A stretch of DNA of 62,139 nt from Actinomycetes bacterium. GTDB taxonomy: Bacteria > Actinomycetota > Thermoleophilia > BMS3ABIN01. The stretch spans positions 1 through 62,139 of the forward strand of contig JAJYIM010000004.1 in the NCBI GenBank assembly GCA_021790115.1, in the 5' to 3' direction. This document shows positions 55,714-62,139 of the stretch, piece after piece. The translations under genes were made by a program, and so were the position numbers. Each line of letters starts with the position of its first letter. Positions within the stretch are counted from its first letter, which is position 1. Below the pieces are notes generated by a model. It saw nothing but the letters and a program-made list of their open reading frames with translations. It was not told the DNA's origin and did no database searches.

Positions 55714-57180
55714 ATGGACCTGAATCTTGTCTCAAAAGGTAAAGGTGTGTTTAGCCGGGCGAAGCATGAGGCGGCTGAGCGGGTGCTCAGCCAGTCGCTG
55801 AAAGTGCTGGCTAACTCTTCTGACAAAAATTATCAGCGCCTCGCCCAGGCGTTTGGCAAGCTGGCCGACAGCAAGCAGCAAAAAATGGTGGCCGAGTGGA
55901 TGAAAGACTATCTTGTTCCCGGCGGCCCCGGCGTCGAGTATTTTAACCGGCTGCTGGGATCGGCGCATCCAAATGTGCGCAAGAATTATATCGCCAAGAC
56001 AATCGTCAGCCTCTTTTTTCGTGACCCCAAGGTGTCGATGCACCTGACGGAGGAGGCGGGCATTAACGCTCCCAACCTGATAGTTATCTCTCCCAGCATG
56101 CGCTGCAATATCAGCTGTGTGGGCTGCTATGCCGGAAATTACACAAAGGCTGACGACCTTGACCCGGCAGTCGTGGACAGGGTAATTTCCGAAGCCAAGG
56201 AGATAGGCATCAAGTTTTTCGTGATCACCGGCGGCGAGCCGTTCTTTTACAAGCCGCTGCTGGGGCTGATCGAGAAACACAGCGACGCCGCCTTCCAGAT
56301 CTATACTAATGGCACGCTGATAGATGAGGAGATGGCGGACCGCATCGTCGAGCTTGGAAACATCGCCCCTGCCATCAGCATTGAGGGCTTTCAGAAAGAA
56401 ACCGACGAGCGCCGTGGCGCCGGCACCTTCGACAAGGTGATGCGGGCGATGGACAACCTGCGTGAGCGCGGGGCCATATTTGCTTTTAGCACAACCGCGT
56501 CGCGCAAGAACATCGACACGATTATCAGCGACGAGTTTGCCCAGATGCTAATCGACAAGGGCTGCGCCTACGGCTGGTATTTTTCTTACATTCCCATTGG
56601 CAAGTCGCCTGATCTGGCGTATATGCCTTCGCCCAAGGAGCGAAACAAGTTGCGCCAGGGCGTGAACCGCATCCGCAAAGAGCTGCCCATTCTGGTGGCA
56701 GATTTCTGGAACGACGGCACGCTCACGGGCGGATGCCTGGCCGCCGGCCGCAAGTACCTGCATATCAACAACCGCGGCGACGTCGAACCTTGTGTTTTCT
56801 GCCACTTTGCGACAGACAACATCAAGGAGGTATCTTTGCTGGAGGCGATCCAGTCGCCTTTCTTCCAGTCTATCCGCCGCCGGCAGCCATTTGGTCACAA
56901 TCTGCTCAGGCCGTGCCCCATTATTGATCATCCGGATATCCTGCGCGAAGCCGTGGAGAAGCACGGCGCCTATGCAACCCACGATGGGGCCGAGAGCGTT
57001 ATCACGGATCTGCGTGGCGGCCTTGATGAATACGCCAGGGATCTGGAGGAGGTTGCCGACCAGGTCTGGGAGAACGACTACCAGTGGGCCAACGACTGGC
57101 TGGATGATGAGCAAAAAGCAGCCGCTGCGCGGACAGAGGCGATGAAGAGCAGCCCAGAGGGGCAGAGGGAAAAGGTGTAA
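55714..57180 (+). CDS. Radical SAM protein with C-terminal SPASM/twitch-like Cys cluster
   Basis: CNISCVGC (CxxxCxxC), TGGEP, YTNGT, GCLAAG...VEPCVFC...RPC; RBS aggagg. Confidence 0.93.
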   Translation: MDLNLVSKGKGVFSRAKHEAAERVLSQSLKVLANSSDKNYQRLAQAFGKLADSKQQKMVAEWMKDYLVPGGPGVEYFNRLLGSAHPNVRKNYIAKTIVSLFFRDPKVSMHLTEEAGINAPNLIVISPSMRCNISCVGCYAGNYTKADDLDPAVVDRVISEAKEIGIKFFVITGGEPFFYKPLLGLIEKHSDAAFQIYTNGTLIDEEMADRIVELGNIAPAISIEGFQKETDERRGAGTFDKVMRAMDNLRERGAIFAFSTTASRKNIDTIISDEFAQMLIDKGCAYGWYFSYIPIGKSPDLAYMPSPKERNKLRQGVNRIRKELPILVADFWNDGTLTGGCLAAGRKYLHINNRGDVEPCVFCHFATDNIKEVSLLEAIQSPFFQSIRRRQPFGHNLLRPCPIIDHPDILREAVEKHGAYATHDGAESVITDLRGGLDEYARDLEEVADQVWENDYQWANDWLDDEQKAAAARTEAMKSSPEGQREKV

Positions 57181-57232
57181 TAATTTGACGGCCTGCAGCG
57201 CCTCGTTGCTGCTTGCTGCAGTTTGTGTCAGC

Positions 57233-57259
57233 AAAGGCGGCCCGCCGGGCCGCCTTTTT
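57233..57259 (+). terminator. Intrinsic terminator after the radical SAM gene
   Basis: aaaggcggccc-gcc-gggccgccttt then T run. Confidence 0.8.
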
Positions 57260-57286
57260 GCTGGGGCAAGAGTTGGGTATATGCTT

Positions 57287-57405
57287 GCACGGGCTAAGGT
57301 AGATGGCAGGGTGTCTGCGCGGGCTAAAAGCCTGTGCCTACCGCCCGTGCGCAGCAGGTAGATGACAGGCTTTCAGCCTGTCTTTGGGAGGCTTTATCTT
57401 CGCAC
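57287..57405. repeat. GTAG-type REP cluster 4 (partly degenerate)
   Basis: ggtagatggcagg, gcgggctaaaagcctgtgcctacc, ggtagatgacaggctttcagcctgtc plus the spacer tttgggaggctttat. Confidence 0.82.
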
Positions 57406-57439
57406 AGAAGTGAGGACTCTCTTGAAAAACAACACAACT

Positions 57440-59173
57440 ATGGACAAATCACGATTGCATAGCCAGAAGAGCCGGTGGGGGCCGGAGGTGGACCCGTTAA
57501 GGATTGGCTGCGGCTGGAAGCCGGAAGACCTGGGCAAGCCGTGGCTGCTGGTGGAATCAAGCGGTGGCGATTCCCACCCTGGCAGCGTGCATCTGCCCGG
57601 CCTGGTGGAGGCCGCCGCCGAGGGCGCCCGCCGGGCGGGCCTGGCGGCAGCCCGCTATTTTTGCACCGACATGTGCGACGGCATTGCTCAGGGGACCGAA
57701 GCAATGAGGTACTCGCTTGCTTCCAGGGAGCTGATCGCCATGGCTGCGGAGTTGCATTTTGTCAGCGGCCATTTCGATGGCATGCTGGCCGTCTCCAGCT
57801 GCGACAAGGCCATTCCCGGTCATCTGCTGGCGGCGGCGCGCCTCGACCGGCCAACGATTTTCCTGCCCGGTGGCGTAATGCACACCGGGCCGGGGGATGT
57901 CTCCGTTGACAGGATGGGCGAGTTGTATGCTCGCCTGAAGCGTGGCGAGATCAGTGAAGAGGAGTACAGGTTTAACAGCATAACGGCGGCGCCGAACGCG
58001 GGAGCCTGCAACTTCCTGGGCACCGCCGTCACGATGCAGATTCTGACCGAAGCAATGGGCATGTCGCCGCCCGGGTCGGCTTGCTGCCCGACAACGTCCA
58101 GTGAGCTTGCCAGGTATGCGGACTTCGCTGGAAACTTGGCCGCGTCCCTGATCGAATCGGGAATTACGGCCCGGGACATCCTCACTCCGGCCGCGCTTAA
58201 AAACGCCCTTACCGTTCACGCCGCCATTGGCGGCTCGACCAATGCCATGCTGCACTTGCCGGCACTGGCGGCGGAGCTTGGGATCGATTTTTCATGGAAG
58301 TCAGTCAGCCGGATTAACAAAGGGGTGCCATGGCTGCTTAACGTTAGGCCCTCCGGACAGCATACCGCCGACCTGTTCTGGTATGCCGGCGGTGTGCCGC
58401 GGCTGATGCTTGAGATCGGCGATTTGCTGGATCTGGATGCGATGACCGTTACCGGCCAGACGCTTGGTCAGAACCTGGAAGCGGCCGCCGGCGGGGACAT
58501 GCTTGCCTCGTGCAGCCGCGAGCTTAATCGCTTTGGGCTTGTGGTGGAAGATGTAATCAGGCCGCGAAACGATCCCCTGGACAGCCGGGGAGGGCTGGCA
58601 GTCATGACAGGGAATCTGGCTCCCGGCCGGGCAGTGGCAAAACGCTCCGCCGTTGCGCCTGGCATGATGCAGTTCGAGGGCCAGGCGCTGGTTTTTGATG
58701 GCCAGCAGCAGGCCCTGGAGGCGGTGCTGGCCGGCAGAGTCAAACCGGGCAACGCCGTCATTGTCCGCTATGAGGGCCCGCGCGCCACCGGCATGCCGGA
58801 GATGTTTTACCTGACTGCGGCCATGGCAGCGAGCAAGGAGCTTGGCTTAAGCACAGCTCTGGTTACGGACGGCCGCTTCTCAGGAGCCACCAGGGGACCG
58901 TGCGTGGGTCATGTTTGCCCGGAGGCCGCGGCGGGCGGCCCAATCGCAGTTGTTCGCGACGGCGATCTGGTCAGGATTGACCTTGAGGCGGGCTCGCTGG
59001 AACTGGTCGGCGAGACCGGCAGGCGCCGCTCCTCCGGGGAAATGGATGCAGTCGTCGCTGAGCGGCTTTCGCTGCTGGATCCATGGAAAGCGCTTCCCCG
59101 CACGGGCCTGCTGGGGCTTTACACCAGTTTGGCCGCGCCCGCAGACGAGGGTGCGCGGCTGGTGTTGCCGTAA
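57440..59173 (+). CDS. IlvD/Edd-family dihydroxy-acid dehydratase
   Basis: CDGIAQG, SSCDKAIPG, GACNFLGTAVTM, GGSTNAMLHL, GNLAPG.AV.K, GPRATGMPEM, TDGRFSG, GHVCPEA; the track start (57362) lies inside a REP, so ATG 57440 is preferred. Substrate not assignable. Confidence 0.92.
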   Translation: MDKSRLHSQKSRWGPEVDPLRIGCGWKPEDLGKPWLLVESSGGDSHPGSVHLPGLVEAAAEGARRAGLAAARYFCTDMCDGIAQGTEAMRYSLASRELIAMAAELHFVSGHFDGMLAVSSCDKAIPGHLLAAARLDRPTIFLPGGVMHTGPGDVSVDRMGELYARLKRGEISEEEYRFNSITAAPNAGACNFLGTAVTMQILTEAMGMSPPGSACCPTTSSELARYADFAGNLAASLIESGITARDILTPAALKNALTVHAAIGGSTNAMLHLPALAAELGIDFSWKSVSRINKGVPWLLNVRPSGQHTADLFWYAGGVPRLMLEIGDLLDLDAMTVTGQTLGQNLEAAAGGDMLASCSRELNRFGLVVEDVIRPRNDPLDSRGGLAVMTGNLAPGRAVAKRSAVAPGMMQFEGQALVFDGQQQALEAVLAGRVKPGNAVIVRYEGPRATGMPEMFYLTAAMAASKELGLSTALVTDGRFSGATRGPCVGHVCPEAAAGGPIAVVRDGDLVRIDLEAGSLELVGETGRRRSSGEMDAVVAERLSLLDPWKALPRTGLLGLYTSLAAPADEGARLVLP

Positions 59174-59184
59174 GGGCAGGCCGG

Positions 59185-59263
59185 GGTGTGCATAAATAAA
59201 GCCTCCCAAAGGCAGGCTAGAAAGCCTGCCACCTACCGGTAGGCACAGGCTTTTAGCCTGTGC
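59185..59263. repeat. GTAG-type REP cluster 5
   Basis: Spacer remnant, ggcaggctagaaagcctgccacctacc (59211-59237) back to back with ggtaggcacaggcttttagcctgtgc (59238-59263). Confidence 0.88.
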
Positions 59264-59495
59264 AAACTCGCCGCGCGCTCTTTTGCTGAGCCCTCTTTTT
59301 ACCGACAGCTAGATTAGCAGGAGATTTTTCGATTTTCACATCATGGCCAATTTGATAAACACGCATGAGCTGGCCTGGAAGCGGCTGCTGCGTCTGGCAG
59401 CGTTGACGCGGACCCGCCGTCCAAATAGCATAAAAAAGGGAAATATCAAAAATTTGCCGCCGACAGCCGGATTGAGGCACCGCGTCAAATTTCAG

Positions 59496-61826
59496 ATGCG
59501 CGTCCACCAAAAGAGCAGCACTGTTGTCCGGGACCTGGTTATTGTATTCATAGTTTTTGCGCTGGCGCTTGTATTGACATCTGTTCTGGATCTGCACGGT
59601 TCTTTTGAGGCGGCCTCCCTTGAGCTTAAAGGCAGTCCTATCCAGTATGATGAAATAATCGTGGCGCTGGCGGTTACGGCTGCGGCATTAAGCGCATTTG
59701 CAGTACGCCGCTGGCGCGAGCTGCAAACGGAGATAGATGAGCGCCTGGTTGTGGAAGATGCTCTGGCTGAAAGCGAGGGGCGTTACCGGACGTTGGCGGA
59801 AGCAGCTCAGGATTTCATTTTCATCCTCGGTCGCGACGGATGCATCAGGTATGTCAACAGCTTTGCCGCCCGCCTACTGGCGATACCGCGGGCAAAGATT
59901 GTGGGGCAACCGGGAGAGGAGATATTGCCGGCCGGGATGGCCGGCAGGGACAAGCTTGACCTCGTTCATGTCTTTGATGAAGCCCAGCCTTTGCATTTGG
60001 AGACAAGCGCCCGGTTTTCCGGCCGCGAGGCATGGCTAAGCACATCACTTGTTCCCATTTTCAACGAGGAGGGAAAAGTCGGCTCCGTCCTCGGAATCTC
60101 GCGTGATATTACTGGGCGCAAGCTGGCGGAGGACGAGCTGCGCCGGGCTCATGATATTTTGGAGGCAACGGTTGCGGAGAGGACCGGCGAGCTTAAGAAC
60201 GTTAATGAAAAGCTAAAGAGCGAGCTTCAGCAGAAAAGGGAGGCTGAGGAGAGGCTCAAGGCCGTTAACAGGGTGCTGAGAGCAGCCACTGCTTCCCATC
60301 ACGCGCTCGTGAGCGCCGGCGCGGAGCCGGAGTTGCTGCGCGACATTTGCCGCGTGGTCGTGGAGGTGGGGGGCTATCGTTTCGCCTGGGTTGGTTTTGC
60401 TGATAACGATGAAGATAAGACAATCAGGCCGGTGGCGTCCGCAGGCTATGAGAAGGGCTTTCTGGAATCAGCCCACATGAGTTGGGGCGAGACAGCCTCA
60501 GGGCGCAGCCCCGGCGGCGAGGCGATCAGGACAGGCAGGCCCAGCGTCGTCAGGGATATCATGAATGACCCGGGCTATATTCCCTGGCGTGAACAGGCGT
60601 CTCAGCGCGGTTACGCCTCGGCTGTGGCATTGCCGCTCGATGCAAGTGGGCTGACCTTTGGCGTGCTTAATATTTATGCTTCCCAGCAAGACGCTTTTGA
60701 CGAAGAGGAAGTGCGCCTGCTTGGTGATATGGCCGGTGATCTTTCTTACGGGCTTGGCGCCCTCAGGACAAAGGGGGAGAGGGATAGTCAGGCGGTGGCG
60801 CTAAAGCGCACCGGCGAGCAGCTGTCCCTGCTGTTGGAGTCGCTGCCAATTATTTTCTATACCTCAAAGGCTGAAGACGATTTTGGCATCTCGTACGTAA
60901 GCGAAAATTTGCGGACTCTTGCCGGTTACACTCCGGATCAAATTGTGGCGGATTCGTCGTTCTGGGTTGACCGGGTTCACCCTGACGACGCACCCCGGAT
61001 CTTTGAAGGCCTGCGCGAGGTTTTTGACGGTGGTTTGCACGAATACGAATACCGCTGGCGGACGGCAGGCGGCTCCTATAAATGGTTCCTGGATGTTCAC
61101 CGGCTGCTGAACAGGCCTGATGGCGGCAAAGAGAAATACATTGTCGGCATGTGGCTCGATATCACGTCCCGAAAAAACGGGGAAGAGGCGCTGCTTAAGG
61201 TTAAGGAAGAACTGGAGCGGGGCGCCGCCGGCCGCGAGGAGGAACTTAAGGAGACGCAGGCGGAGCTGGCCGCGCGCAGCCGTGAGCTTGACCTGGCCCG
61301 GCGCCGGGATGGCCTGCTTGGCCGCATGGAGTCAGTGCTGCAGAGCTGCCTTAAAACCGCTGAGGCTATCGCTGTTTTTACCCAGTTTGCGGCAGAGCTG
61401 TTTCCCGAAGAGTCGGGCGCCGTCTATGTCTTTAACGCCGGCAGACAGGAATACGAATCTGCTGCTACCTGGGGGAAAAGTGCGCCGCCGCCAAAAAAAT
61501 TTGTCTGGTCGGATTGCTGGTCGCTAAGGCAGCAGCAGCTGCATATAGCCGCGGGGCCGGCCACAGCGATGCGCTGCCGCCACGTGCGGGAAAAGAAGCC
61601 TCATATCTGCATTCCCTTAAAAGCGGCCGGCCTGGCAATCGGAGTGTTGAACATCCTCATTCCTGCCTCCCCCGGCGCGGGCCCGGCTGACGAGGATGCG
61701 GTTGCGCATATCGCCGCAACGGCGGCGGAAGCGGCAGAGCGCTTAAGCATGGCCCTTTATAACCTGAAATTGCGCGAGCTACTGAATGATAACTGCATAA
61801 ATGATCCGTTCAGCCTTAGGAAATGA
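59496..61826 (+). CDS. Membrane-anchored PAS-GAF-PAS-GAF sensor protein lacking an output domain
   Basis: Two TMs; YRTLAEAAQDFIF...SRDITGRK (PAS/PAC); RFAWVG...AVALPL...VLNIYAS (GAF); RVHPDD...YRWR...DITSRK (PAS); CWSLR...ICIPL (GAF); ends LYNLKLRELL...INDPFS. Start probably ATG 59496 (track 59343). Confidence 0.85.
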   Translation: MRVHQKSSTVVRDLVIVFIVFALALVLTSVLDLHGSFEAASLELKGSPIQYDEIIVALAVTAAALSAFAVRRWRELQTEIDERLVVEDALAESEGRYRTLAEAAQDFIFILGRDGCIRYVNSFAARLLAIPRAKIVGQPGEEILPAGMAGRDKLDLVHVFDEAQPLHLETSARFSGREAWLSTSLVPIFNEEGKVGSVLGISRDITGRKLAEDELRRAHDILEATVAERTGELKNVNEKLKSELQQKREAEERLKAVNRVLRAATASHHALVSAGAEPELLRDICRVVVEVGGYRFAWVGFADNDEDKTIRPVASAGYEKGFLESAHMSWGETASGRSPGGEAIRTGRPSVVRDIMNDPGYIPWREQASQRGYASAVALPLDASGLTFGVLNIYASQQDAFDEEEVRLLGDMAGDLSYGLGALRTKGERDSQAVALKRTGEQLSLLLESLPIIFYTSKAEDDFGISYVSENLRTLAGYTPDQIVADSSFWVDRVHPDDAPRIFEGLREVFDGGLHEYEYRWRTAGGSYKWFLDVHRLLNRPDGGKEKYIVGMWLDITSRKNGEEALLKVKEELERGAAGREEELKETQAELAARSRELDLARRRDGLLGRMESVLQSCLKTAEAIAVFTQFAAELFPEESGAVYVFNAGRQEYESAATWGKSAPPPKKFVWSDCWSLRQQQLHIAAGPATAMRCRHVREKKPHICIPLKAAGLAIGVLNILIPASPGAGPADEDAVAHIAATAAEAAERLSMALYNLKLRELLNDNCINDPFSLRK

Positions 61827-61863
61827 TAAGGCAAGGCCATCTACCGTGGTGAAGAGATCAAGC

Positions 61864-62139
61864 CTAAAACGGGTCTTCCCCCAGAAACTTTTCCATCAAT
61901 TGCCAGCCGTTTTCTATTCTGATTCCGGACCCGCCGCCGGCGCGTTCATCAAAAGCCCTTCCGGCCGCGTTTGCGGGAGTTCCCGGGCCGTGAACCAGAA
62001 ATGGGACGGGCTCGCTGCTGTGCGTTTTTGTCTCCAGGGGTGTGGCGTGGTCCGGCAGCACCAGGACCCGGCAGGCGGGCAACCTGCTGGAGGCCATGCC
62101 CTCCAGCAGGCTGCCCCCCACGTCTCTGTCAAAGCGCTC
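61864..62139 (-). CDS. C-terminal part of an ApgM-type cofactor-independent phosphoglycerate mutase (runs off the window)
   Basis: VLVLPDHATP...HSSEPVPFL...FDE motif; frame open to the window edge. Confidence 0.75.
   Translation of the reverse strand, partial: ERFDRDVGGSLLEGMASSRLPACRVLVLPDHATPLETKTHSSEPVPFLVHGPGTPANAAGRAFDERAGGGSGIRIENGWQLMEKFLGEDPF

Noticed and set aside
57271-57280. agttgggtat upstream of the IlvD-family gene as a SigB/F promoter
   Set aside because: Same -10 context as at pilA but no GTTT-like -35 at the right distance.
57362-57439. Longer start for the IlvD-family gene
   Set aside because: The ATG lies within REP cluster 4.
59343-61826. Calling this gene a diguanylate cyclase or histidine kinase
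   Set aside because: No GGDEF, EAL, HD-GYP or HisKA/HATPase domain is encoded.

Overview
GC-rich bacterial chromosomal window; the gene set (SigB/SigF-type sigma factor, YbdK ligase, monoderm-style type IV pilus locus) suggests a monoderm, possibly actinobacterial, host, but that is inference. Left to right: (1) 0.1-6.7 kb accessory/defence islet: Phd-VapC toxin-antitoxin pair, broken orphan type I methyltransferase (hsdM), MqsR-like toxin with a Zn-finger/HTH/Panacea(DUF4065) antitoxin followed by a small basic two-repeat protein, and an XRE-HTH plus GHKL(MORC-like) ATPase pair. (2) 7-14 kb: PfkB kinase, ABC-2 exporter, NfeD-SPFH pair, CPBP protease. (3) 14-28 kb: a complex I (nuo) operon of unusual architecture. 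nuoI is split between its two [4Fe-4S] motifs, and a NuoF-like plus NuoG/GltD-like (NAD(P)H-binding) module sits in the gap, with each NuoI half fused in frame to one inserted subunit. This is the most striking feature of the window. (4) 28-33 kb: rmuC, a ferritin-like protein and an IS630/IS30 relic islet. (5) 33-42 kb housekeeping: ybdK-like, lysA, hpt, TlpA-like lipoprotein, a glutaredoxin-like protein with a probable C-terminal selenocysteine (UGA-Gly-Met-stop plus a SECIS-like hairpin), tpiA, gpmI, secG, aroE. (6) 42-52 kb type IV pilus locus (pilB, pilT, pilC, an embedded SigB/F-type sigma, a c-di-GMP-I riboswitch with terminator ahead of the major pilin, four minor pilins). (7) 52-62 kb: cyclase-family hydrolase, glycogen-debranching enzyme, radical SAM protein, IlvD-family dehydratase, a PAS/GAF sensor ending just where a GGDEF domain would start, and the 3' end of an ApgM-type mutase. 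Two dispersed non-coding repeat families are present (GTAG-type REP doublets; a TIR-bounded MITE family). No rRNA, tRNA or CRISPR array was recognised. All family assignments come from motif recognition by eye; no database search was run.
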